Of a DNA stretch of 64,000 nucleotides, positions 9,801 through 18,177 are shown piece after piece; position 1 is the first letter of the stretch; each line of letters opens with the position of its first letter. The position numbers and the translations under genes were made by a program. The stretch is taken from IMG/VR virus record IMGVR_UViG_3300030047_000014, positions 56,748 through 120,747 of that record; one strand, given 5' to 3'. The notes beneath the pieces are model-generated. The model was not told the DNA's origin, did not search any database, and saw only the letters and a list, made by a program, of their open reading frames with translations. Source of the DNA: a virus.

Positions 9801-12257
9801 GAGGCAATTGATACAGGGTTTCAAAGGATATTTAATAATCCTACTGATCAACCTGATGTTATATTTGGTGGGGATACATTTATTAATAGATTTGCTTTTA
9901 AAACTAAGTTACCATTCTTTATTGATAATAGAGTAGGAGCTCCTGATGATAGTGATATATTTTATGATGAAATAGGTAATATAGCTTATCCTAAATATTG
10001 GCACTCAGCTAGATCTATTCTGAAGGATTATATGTCTTCTGGAGGTTTATTATCTAATATTATCTCTTATAAAGCACATAATTTTGATTGTCCTAATGAT
10101 GTTGTTAATACTGTTATTGAAGCTATTCCTATTGGTTCAGAGACTTCTATTACAACAACAACTACAACAACTACATTAAAACCAGATGTTCCTGTTGATT
10201 CAGAGTTGACTTACTATGATGGGTATTTCTATTTATTTGCTTATGGTACACCTAATTTCTATTGTGAGAGTTCATATAATTTAGATCTTAGACAAGCTTT
10301 TAATAATAAAGAAGGTGATTTTTATCCTCATGTAAGTACTGGAATTCCTGATGAATGGGTACAGGAATCTTTTGTGTCTATTGCTATGGATAACACATAC
10401 TATTATAATACTACTTATTCTAAGCAAAACAAAGAGAATACTTTTACTAGTCTTCCTCCAGATTGGGAGGAAAAGTTGTGCTATACTCATTTTCCTTTTA
10501 GAAGTATATATTCTAATAAACAGGATACAAATGCAACTACTCATGTAAATAATTGGCTTGTATATTCTCCATTATCATATTTTGATTTTCCTCAGACTAA
10601 TGGTAAATTAATATCTTTAGATGGTATTCAGAATAAAGCTATATTAGCCAGGTTTGAGAATAAGAGTTTATTATATAATAATCTCTTAACTGTAAATACA
10701 AGTAATCCTCAAGCTGCCTATTTTGGTAATCCTGATATGTTTAAAGGTGCACCTCCTATTGATTTTGCAGAAACGGATCTTGGATATGTAGGAAGTCAGC
10801 ATAAGATGTTATTAAAGATACCTCAGGGTCAAGTAACTATAGATGCAAAAAGAGGTCAGATATTTCTAATTGAAGGAACTCAGATTTCTGAATTATCTAC
10901 ATTTGGCTCTGGAATGAATAGATTCTTTACAGATCATTTAGCATTTGAGATTCTAAGATATTATCCTGATGTAGATATAGATAATGCCTATAATTCTATA
11001 GGATTACATGGTGTATATGATTCTAAATTTGATAGACTTATAATTACTAAATTAGACTATATTCCTCTTAATAAAGAAATTAAGTATGATAGTTCTACTT
11101 TTAAATTTTATATAAATAAAAAGATAGGAAATGAGACTATAAAAGAGACAGTATTATTAACAGATACCGATTATTTCTGTAATAAATCCTGGACTTTATC
11201 CTATAACATGAATACTAGATCCTGGATTAGTTTTCATAGTTATATCCCTAATTTCTATATTGCAGAGAATAACTTCTTTTATTCAGGTATAAAAGGATGT
11301 TGTGATGAATTTGATGCTGTAGCAGTAGTTTCTGTTCCAGAACCAAGTACTTCAACAACTACTTCTACAACTACTATTGTATGTTCTTTGAATGCTGAAG
11401 TTATACCTATTACAACTACAACAACATCAAGTACTTCTACCACAACAACTACTAGTACAACTGCTTATATTACAACTACAACTACAACTACAGCACACCT
11501 ATGTTGGACTTGCCCAGAAGGTTATGTACCAATAATTAATGGATGTTATACAGAGGAAAGTATAACTCCTAATCCTCCTTCTGCAGCAGAAATCTTAGCT
11601 AATAAGACTTATGGTGGTTATGGAAAATCTGGAGGTAAATTCTATAGATTAGAAGGTGCTGACTATATTGAAGATGATACTATTCCTATTCTTACTACAG
11701 ATGTAGTATGGAAGAATACATCAGAGAATCTTACTGATGGGGTATTAAATAGATGTGGTGTCTGGTCTGCATTAGATGCTACTCCAGGACAATACATAGG
11801 TTTTGGTAGAGAAGTAGTAGCTCCAGTTGGTAAGATTTACTATGTAGGACTTGGTGCAGATAATTATATGTCTCTGGAAATTAATAACATATTAGTTAAG
11901 CAATTCCCATCTGGAGATACTATAAATGATCATTATGAGAGTTGGCATTTATTCCCTGTATATTTAAATGCAGGATCCAATCTTATTCATATGATTGGTT
12001 ATAATGATCTTGCCTTAGCTTGTATGGGAGCTGAAATTTATGATGCAACTCTATCTCAATTACAGAATGTTACTTCTGTAGCTGAATTGGATGCTCTAAC
12101 TATATTCTCTACTAAATCTTTAATAGGATCTTATGTAGAAGAAGGAAACTTTGGAACTGGATTTACATGTCCAGATGGCTATACTCTAGTTAATAGAGAT
12201 GGTGTTCTTACATGTGATAGGACAATTTATACAGATTGTGACGGAAATACTATATAA
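6828..12257 (+). CDS. Tail stabilization (muzzle) protein, N-terminal part, with poly-Thr linkers and an appended jelly-roll domain
   Basis: RSYLRDEVYPF, IRHHKFP, GGDTFINRF, GYVGSQH and SWTLSY...WISFHSYIP motifs of crAss-like tail stabilization proteins. Confidence 0.75.
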   Translation: MATSEQDSNIKQEFNTASVGLNQDQSANQVKKGALTYALNATIENFDANSVSYQNEGGNEFCLNFPADFVLIGKHFIPERNKHIFMLVNPETEESQIGYMDNTDCVYRTYATGGCLNFNVNYPIHKIVHKITNCSTEIYWADRNGRRYMDLDNIPYLLQSGSTLCDPKYGKELDCNQLKLQSNFSIPTLEIKDVVSGGNLIAGTVQFGIQYSDANGNPYTSYYSITNPTSISDPTITSMNFNYPVGKSVIVNISNLDSTGHFQYFNLVVIKTINAISTPELVGTYYIDNTQKQVIYTGQNVEAIKLSMEEVFEKFPTYDIAEDVTTVQDVIIWSGLTSIDRINYQSIANKIKLYWETWRIPSTENYATELNTTNFRSYLRDEVYPFEVVFLLANGKQTDRFHIPGRALTPDEINKPEISTLNADFVGTPTYYVDDIGFSPYWKIYNTSSVLGTSEQFSSDPKYKGSYQYGEFAYWESTEEYPCDKVLWGELAGKKIRHHKFPDVSVSPIFESKTFTNVNSMVMGNDAIFPIGVKIDVQYLKSLINSSDLTDSQKSDIVGFKIVRGDRSTNKSVIAKGILRNVGIYEREDQKFYYPNYPYNDLNQDPFLTSTNNAFSQTCNTYNININHLERDSSGGADFADIQYTDCNTNKQAVKRFYSTDTFELCSISKPIFLNSSAGVVSIATYEEWRIQIKFGIGTVGWVDPVDGYKEIPFGPGYSYLNVVVGTGAPKGISGAEISTLYLGLHAPSSICNKYSELPAIKDNETLKYRQVFNSPETSFGQPFLGDTLKLESVIFGTGKAHFVEVKNNAKYKLITEQAQRKALDSSNKLGAITSDFNASAMFAAYQAYLTIYINGITRKNFAYSFNSIADYNYMTTIPNELGIKQRKLDIKRYLIPGVQSVNDEFTINNYERESSIYLRTDLDKTPLPHPDKTPNMLFGDISLVSDKSRFTVSGIGNCNKPGKEEPIQVVSYYASLKNDILNQWGQIYSYEAIDTGFQRIFNNPTDQPDVIFGGDTFINRFAFKTKLPFFIDNRVGAPDDSDIFYDEIGNIAYPKYWHSARSILKDYMSSGGLLSNIISYKAHNFDCPNDVVNTVIEAIPIGSETSITTTTTTTTLKPDVPVDSELTYYDGYFYLFAYGTPNFYCESSYNLDLRQAFNNKEGDFYPHVSTGIPDEWVQESFVSIAMDNTYYYNTTYSKQNKENTFTSLPPDWEEKLCYTHFPFRSIYSNKQDTNATTHVNNWLVYSPLSYFDFPQTNGKLISLDGIQNKAILARFENKSLLYNNLLTVNTSNPQAAYFGNPDMFKGAPPIDFAETDLGYVGSQHKMLLKIPQGQVTIDAKRGQIFLIEGTQISELSTFGSGMNRFFTDHLAFEILRYYPDVDIDNAYNSIGLHGVYDSKFDRLIITKLDYIPLNKEIKYDSSTFKFYINKKIGNETIKETVLLTDTDYFCNKSWTLSYNMNTRSWISFHSYIPNFYIAENNFFYSGIKGCCDEFDAVAVVSVPEPSTSTTTSTTTIVCSLNAEVIPITTTTTSSTSTTTTTSTTAYITTTTTTTAHLCWTCPEGYVPIINGCYTEESITPNPPSAAEILANKTYGGYGKSGGKFYRLEGADYIEDDTIPILTTDVVWKNTSENLTDGVLNRCGVWSALDATPGQYIGFGREVVAPVGKIYYVGLGADNYMSLEINNILVKQFPSGDTINDHYESWHLFPVYLNAGSNLIHMIGYNDLALACMGAEIYDATLSQLQNVTSVAELDALTIFSTKSLIGSYVEEGNFGTGFTCPDGYTLVNRDGVLTCDRTIYTDCDGNTI

Positions 12258-12259
12258 TC

Positions 12260-14377
12260 ATGGGTCAAGTAAAATATCAAATAATAAGTGGGGCTCCTAA
12301 TTTTACTGTTAGTCTATCTCCTAAGCTTGTACCAGATCAGGTACAAAGTTCTCCAGGTATATACTTATTTGAGGATGTACCTATGGGAACTTATATTCTG
12401 ACTATTGTAGATGCTAATCTTTGTAAGTTTACTGCATCTGTAGATGTAGATATTTATCCTTGTATTCTTGAAGGTAAAATATTCTGCGGTGATGATTGTA
12501 CTATTACAGGGATTATAGATTGTAACTTTATTATTGATACAACTACCACAACTACAACATATTCGGGTCTATGCACTACTTGTCCTGAGGGTTATACTGC
12601 TACAGTAGATTCTTGTTATATTGAAGATATAATTTCTCCTTATAGTCCAACTAATCCTCAAACTCTCTTTGTAAAAAGTAATAAGAGATATGGTACAACT
12701 GGTACAATAGTATTTCAACCTGGATGGAATTATGATGGAAGTGGTAGTACATATAATGCTTATACAACAGGTAATTTCTGGATTAATCCTATGGTTGATT
12801 CTATTGGTGGTACAAATACAGATGGTATTATGAATAAGAATGCTGTTTGGTCTGGAGTTACTTTAGATGGACAAACAGTAGGATTTCCTATATGTATTGA
12901 TATCGCTCAGGAGAAAACTTATTTAGTAGGACTTGGATGTGATAATTATGCAGAAATAAAAATTGATGGGGTTTCTGTATTAATGCAGGACTATAATGCA
13001 TTATATACTATCTATGCTGATAATGGTTGGGATATTCCTTCCACTAAAGAAAGTACATTTAGACTTTGGTTTATATATCCTATTACACTTACTGCAGGAA
13101 AGCATATAATTGAACTTATAGGGCATAATGATACTAATGTTGCAGCAGTTGGACTAGATATATATGATATGTCTGAGAGTGCTTTAATGGCTTGTAATAG
13201 CTATGATGATATGGGTTCTGGATTATTATTTAGTACAAAAGACGAAGTTGGTAAACTAGTTAAGATAGGTAATGAAGGTCAAGGATATAGTTGTCCAGAA
13301 GGTTATGTTTTAGGATATTGTGATGATTATCCTATGTGTTATAAAATTGAGTATATACCTTGTAGTAGTCAGCCTCTTACTACTTCAACAACTACTACAG
13401 ATTGTATGCGTCCTACAGGATTATCCTCTGATGCTTTGCAATATAGAATAATGAATGATAGTGGTATAACTTATGATTGTTATGCTACACTTGATCTTGC
13501 AAATCAGGGTATAACAGATTTTATTATAACTGAAGAAAATACAACACAAATAATAGAATATACAAGTATAGCAGTGGGAGAGAAACTATATTATGATTTT
13601 GGAACAAATTGTGATGTAATGTTTGATGGATACTTTGCAGTTGTTAATACTCTATATGATACTACACCACAAATAGTTCATGTGATTAATGGAATAATTA
13701 CAGAGATATTTGATTATGCTCCTATTATTCAAAAATGCTATGGACTACTATATAATTGGTGGGTTGCTTCTTATAATACAGGTGGTGCTTCAATAGCTCC
13801 TATTGGATGGCATATTCCTACAGATACTGAGTGGAATACACTAGCAACTACTCTTGGAGGATTATCTATAGCGGGTGCTTCTATGAAAGAAGCAGGAACA
13901 GTTAATTGGGTAGCTCCTAATACTGGTGCAACTAATAGTAGTGGATTTACAGCATTACCAATTGGAGATAGAGACTGGATGGGAGGATTTGGTAATCAAG
14001 GATATTATGCAACTTGGTGGTCTTCCGCAGAAGCTTCTCCAGGAAATGGTAAAGACTATCATGTTGAGTTAAATTATAACTATCTTGGGTGGACAGGTCA
14101 AACTCCTAATATGGGTGCAGGTCTTAGGGCTATTAAAAATGATAATGTTATGTCTTCTGTAGAAGTAGTTGATTATGATGGTAATGTATATACACCAATT
14201 CAGATAGGATCTCAGATATGGACTCTTGAGAATCTTGTAGCTACACATTTTAGTAATGGTGTTGCTATTCCTAATTTATCAGATAGTACAGCTTGGAGTA
14301 CAACTACTGCTTTTGCATTATCTGCATATGATAATAACTGGATTGGTAATGCTTGTATTCCTGAACCACCTATTTAA
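12260..14377 (+). CDS. Modular tail-tip/adhesin protein: Ig-like start, poly-Thr, PA14-like domain, permuted Fib_succ_major (FISUMP) domain
   Basis: YGLLYNW...APIGWHIPTDTEW...NSSGFTALP...WWSS and DYDGNVY...IGSQIWTLENL motifs. Confidence 0.7.
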   Translation: MGQVKYQIISGAPNFTVSLSPKLVPDQVQSSPGIYLFEDVPMGTYILTIVDANLCKFTASVDVDIYPCILEGKIFCGDDCTITGIIDCNFIIDTTTTTTTYSGLCTTCPEGYTATVDSCYIEDIISPYSPTNPQTLFVKSNKRYGTTGTIVFQPGWNYDGSGSTYNAYTTGNFWINPMVDSIGGTNTDGIMNKNAVWSGVTLDGQTVGFPICIDIAQEKTYLVGLGCDNYAEIKIDGVSVLMQDYNALYTIYADNGWDIPSTKESTFRLWFIYPITLTAGKHIIELIGHNDTNVAAVGLDIYDMSESALMACNSYDDMGSGLLFSTKDEVGKLVKIGNEGQGYSCPEGYVLGYCDDYPMCYKIEYIPCSSQPLTTSTTTTDCMRPTGLSSDALQYRIMNDSGITYDCYATLDLANQGITDFIITEENTTQIIEYTSIAVGEKLYYDFGTNCDVMFDGYFAVVNTLYDTTPQIVHVINGIITEIFDYAPIIQKCYGLLYNWWVASYNTGGASIAPIGWHIPTDTEWNTLATTLGGLSIAGASMKEAGTVNWVAPNTGATNSSGFTALPIGDRDWMGGFGNQGYYATWWSSAEASPGNGKDYHVELNYNYLGWTGQTPNMGAGLRAIKNDNVMSSVEVVDYDGNVYTPIQIGSQIWTLENLVATHFSNGVAIPNLSDSTAWSTTTAFALSAYDNNWIGNACIPEPPI

Positions 14378-14388
14378 ATTTAAAAGCT

Positions 14389-15252
14389 ATGTCAAAAATT
14401 GTTCTTATAAAATTAACAAAAGCAAGTCCTAGAGTAGGACCATTCATACTTCTTAATCAGGTAGGAGAAACTATTGCTGAGAATTTATCCAGAGGAGCAT
14501 TGATTAGAGGAATCAATTTAAATCTGGAAGACAATATAACCTCTATCTTGATTAAGTCTATAGGAGATTGTGAGTACTCTAAAAGGGTACACATTGGTAC
14601 TGCTACACCTTCTCAACTTAAGAATATAAAATTTAAGGAGATTAATACAGCTTGTTTATGGAGACATCTTACAAATGCAAATGTCTATAATAACTTCTAT
14701 GGAAGAATTCATCCATATGTTATTGAATATGTATTCTCATATCAATATCAGGATCAAATACTACAGAATATTCAGGATTATACAAAGACTTATAAATATA
14801 GTTTAGATGATACTGGAGTATTTAGTTACAATAATAGAGTAGAAGTAGATGCCTTCTTTAATAAATCTGTTATTTATAATGGTCAGCAATCCTCTGGTAA
14901 TCTTGTATTAGTTCCAAAACCTAAGAACAATATGCAAGCTTACCTTAAATATCCTATATATGAAACTAATAGTAAGCAGATAATGGTTACTAAGAGTGAT
15001 AACTTTTATCAATATAATACTTTCTGGTCTATTGTTAAAGATAGTTCTCAACCTTTATTTATAACTCCATGTGATTCATTATCAGTACCTAAACAAGTAA
15101 ATGATGCTAATATGGATTATGGAATGAGATCCTTTAAGAAAGAACCTTTTAAAGCTAAGGAATTAAGAATTAGGCATACTCTGGATAATAGAGATGATAT
15201 TCATCTTGTTTCTCAATTCATTGTCATACCTACACAAATATCTTATAAGTAA
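14389..15252 (+). CDS. Tail stabilization (muzzle) protein, C-terminal part
   Basis: LWRH...YNNFYGRIHPYVIEY...FNKSVIYNGQQSSG reads as the continuation of the muzzle sequence. Confidence 0.6.
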   Translation: MSKIVLIKLTKASPRVGPFILLNQVGETIAENLSRGALIRGINLNLEDNITSILIKSIGDCEYSKRVHIGTATPSQLKNIKFKEINTACLWRHLTNANVYNNFYGRIHPYVIEYVFSYQYQDQILQNIQDYTKTYKYSLDDTGVFSYNNRVEVDAFFNKSVIYNGQQSSGNLVLVPKPKNNMQAYLKYPIYETNSKQIMVTKSDNFYQYNTFWSIVKDSSQPLFITPCDSLSVPKQVNDANMDYGMRSFKKEPFKAKELRIRHTLDNRDDIHLVSQFIVIPTQISYK

Positions 15253-17507
15253 TGGCAAAGAAACAGACAAATTGGTTAGAAAAGTATCTTCCATCTAAAG
15301 AAGAAGATCCTGAGATGTTATATAAGGACAGGTATAATACTCCCCTTAGTGAGAAAGAACAACCTCTTTTTAATCAGTGGGTGTCTGAAGAGTCTAAAAA
15401 GAGAAGAAGAGATATCTTAATGGATAAAGGTACTTATGATCTTCAAGGGTTTTGGAAGAATGACAGAACTATGGATTCAGATAGTCATGGTTCTGATAAA
15501 TGGAAAAAGCCCAATCATCCTACCTTTAGCATTGAGTCTATTTATAATGGTATGAATGGTAATCAGGCAGGTTCTTGGGGAGAGGATGGAAGTTACTACC
15601 CTTCAAGACAGACAAGAGATTTGTACAAAGAAGAGTACTATAAACAAATGTTTAACAGAGAACCAAACAGACCTGAGCATTTAAACCTGAATAAAAGCAC
15701 AAATTTATCTCCAAGTATATATGATGATGGTGGAAATATTACTCCTGCAAGAAAATGGTTAGAGGAAGATGATAGTCTAACTCCCCAGGAAAAAGTACTT
15801 AGGGCACATGCAAATGAACCTAATTTTGGACAACGTATGTCTGATGAAGCTTGGAGCACTATTAATACTATTGGTAGTCTTACTCCTGCATGGTCTTTGT
15901 TTGCTGCTAATCAGGCAGGTAGAAATATAGATAAAGGTAAATATATGGATGCAGCCATTGATGCTGCTATGATTACTGCTCCTTTAGCTATTAGTAAAGG
16001 AATTAAGTCTATCATTCCATATTTTAAAGATCCTAGTAAGATTAATCCATTAGCTTTTAAACCCTCTGAAGATATGATGTATAGAGGTATTGGAGAAGAA
16101 GGATATAAAGATGCTGTTAATTCTGGCGTATTTAGACCTCATCAGAATCCAGTAAAGAATGATATTAAGACTCCATCAGGTCGTACATTTACATTAGGAA
16201 AAACTTTTGATAAAACATACTATACAGATAAAGATCACTTTCATGTATTAAAGGATTATAATCCCTCTTATATAGCTGAGGTCCCTAGAAATGCTGCTGA
16301 ATTTAGAGCAAGATATGGGAGAAGAAATGACTGGTCTTGGCTTACAGAAGAACAGATTTCTGTTACTCAGGGTAAGATATATAAAAAGAATTGGTTACAG
16401 GGATACAAAGAAGTAACTCCTAAACTTGCTGATGGTGGAAATCTAACTGCCAAACAAGATGTTACAAGAGTAGTTGTACCTCATACTCAGAGATTTAATC
16501 AAGAGGAATATGATTACTATCATCCTGTTAAAGAGAAAGGAATTACCTCTGGAGATTGGAAACAGGATTTGTTATATAACAATCAATGGCTTATTAATGC
16601 TCCTGTTGTTGGAGATCAAGTTAAAAAGAAAGCAGAAGAAGTATCTAGAATTAGTGAGGGAAACTCTCAAGTAGTAAATATTACTAAAAATGATTCTCTT
16701 TATAAAGCAGGTGCATTAGAACCTTATACAGGAACAAGTGGAGGATATGGTGAAAAAAGATCTATAGATTTAGTTGATCAGTATTTTAATGAGAATAATT
16801 TGGAAAAATCTAAATATACCCCTAAATCAAATTATCTTCCTTTTCTTCCTTCTTATTCTATAAAGGGAAATGAGAATTTTAAGAATACTATTCCTGATGT
16901 GTTACATGATATTATATCAAATTCTCATAATAACACTGTTGTATCTGATTCCGCTTTTAATGCTACTTATAACAAATTTTTAGAAGATAAAAATCCTATT
17001 TATAGTCAACGTGATTATAGTTCTGAACTAATGCATTTAACAGGAACTAATCTTGGGGGTCATAAAACAGGATTAGCTTGGGATAAATCAGTAGACTTGC
17101 CTTATGCTTCTATATCAGATGCTTGGGATTTTGAACCAAATCATTATACAAAAAAATGGGCTTATGGAGATAATCCTAATAATTCTCCTGAAGTAAGAGA
17201 AGAAGCAGAAAGATTTAGACAACTTGCTAAGATACAATCTACTCTAATGCATAAAGCAGGAAAACCATTTAAGATTTATGATAGATTTTACTTTGATCCA
17301 AAGACTAAAGAATATATTCCTGATGATAGTATTCAGTCTATAAAGAAGAAAAAAGGTATAACTCCTTTACAAGATGAAATAATGAATAAAGACTACGATA
17401 AATATTTTAGTTTAGAGAATGGAGGACAGTTGACAAAGTTAGATCAACTTACTAATTTTTCATCATATGACAAATCTGTTAAAGGTGGATGGTTAGATAA
17501 GTATTAA
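15252..17507 (+). CDS. Multi-domain cargo/injected protein
   Basis: 751 aa, domains separated by DDGG/ADGG/ENGG; WLEKY near the N-terminus and WLDKY at the C-terminus. Confidence 0.55.
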   Translation: MAKKQTNWLEKYLPSKEEDPEMLYKDRYNTPLSEKEQPLFNQWVSEESKKRRRDILMDKGTYDLQGFWKNDRTMDSDSHGSDKWKKPNHPTFSIESIYNGMNGNQAGSWGEDGSYYPSRQTRDLYKEEYYKQMFNREPNRPEHLNLNKSTNLSPSIYDDGGNITPARKWLEEDDSLTPQEKVLRAHANEPNFGQRMSDEAWSTINTIGSLTPAWSLFAANQAGRNIDKGKYMDAAIDAAMITAPLAISKGIKSIIPYFKDPSKINPLAFKPSEDMMYRGIGEEGYKDAVNSGVFRPHQNPVKNDIKTPSGRTFTLGKTFDKTYYTDKDHFHVLKDYNPSYIAEVPRNAAEFRARYGRRNDWSWLTEEQISVTQGKIYKKNWLQGYKEVTPKLADGGNLTAKQDVTRVVVPHTQRFNQEEYDYYHPVKEKGITSGDWKQDLLYNNQWLINAPVVGDQVKKKAEEVSRISEGNSQVVNITKNDSLYKAGALEPYTGTSGGYGEKRSIDLVDQYFNENNLEKSKYTPKSNYLPFLPSYSIKGNENFKNTIPDVLHDIISNSHNNTVVSDSAFNATYNKFLEDKNPIYSQRDYSSELMHLTGTNLGGHKTGLAWDKSVDLPYASISDAWDFEPNHYTKKWAYGDNPNNSPEVREEAERFRQLAKIQSTLMHKAGKPFKIYDRFYFDPKTKEYIPDDSIQSIKKKKGITPLQDEIMNKDYDKYFSLENGGQLTKLDQLTNFSSYDKSVKGGWLDKY

Positions 17508-17526
17508 ATTTTATAAAAAAAATTTC

Positions 17527-18177
17527 ATGTTAGTATTAAGTCAAATATGTAAGATATGTAAGAAAGAATTACCTTTGAGTTCAGATTATTTTTGGGTAAG
17601 AAATGATTATAAGACAGGATTCTATAGCACATGTAAACAGTGTGTGTCTAATAAAGATAATATAAATGCACAAAAAACTCAGGACTTAAAAGATAATAAA
17701 TGGACTTGCACATCATGTAATAAAACATTAGATTTAAACTCTAAGAATTTTTATAAGAGAAATGATTCTTTTACAGGGTATCAATTTAGATGTAAGAGTT
17801 GTTTACGAAAAGATCCTAATAGATATGACAGATTAGTAAAGAAGGATGATTTACTTTATTTTCTAAAAGATTGTCTTAATGGGGCTAAGCATAGATCTTT
17901 ATATAAGAATATTGAGTTTGATCTAACTCTGGAATTCTTACAAGAGTTATGGAATAAACAAAATGGTCTGTGTGCTCTTACTAAAATTAATATGACACAT
18001 ACTATTTTAGAAGGAAAATTAAATACAAATTTGAGTATTGATAAAATAATACCTAAATTAGGATATATCAAAACTAATGTACAACTAGTTTGTATGTGTG
18101 TTAATAGAATGAAGAGTGATTTATCTATTGAGGAATTAAAATATTTTTGTAATTTAATACTACAAAACAATGACTAA
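17527..18177 (+). mobile_element. Free-standing HNH-type homing endonuclease with two Zn-ribbon repeats
   Basis: Two CxxC...CxxC units, then CALT...SIDKI...GYIKTNVQLVCMCVNRMKSD. Confidence 0.75.
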
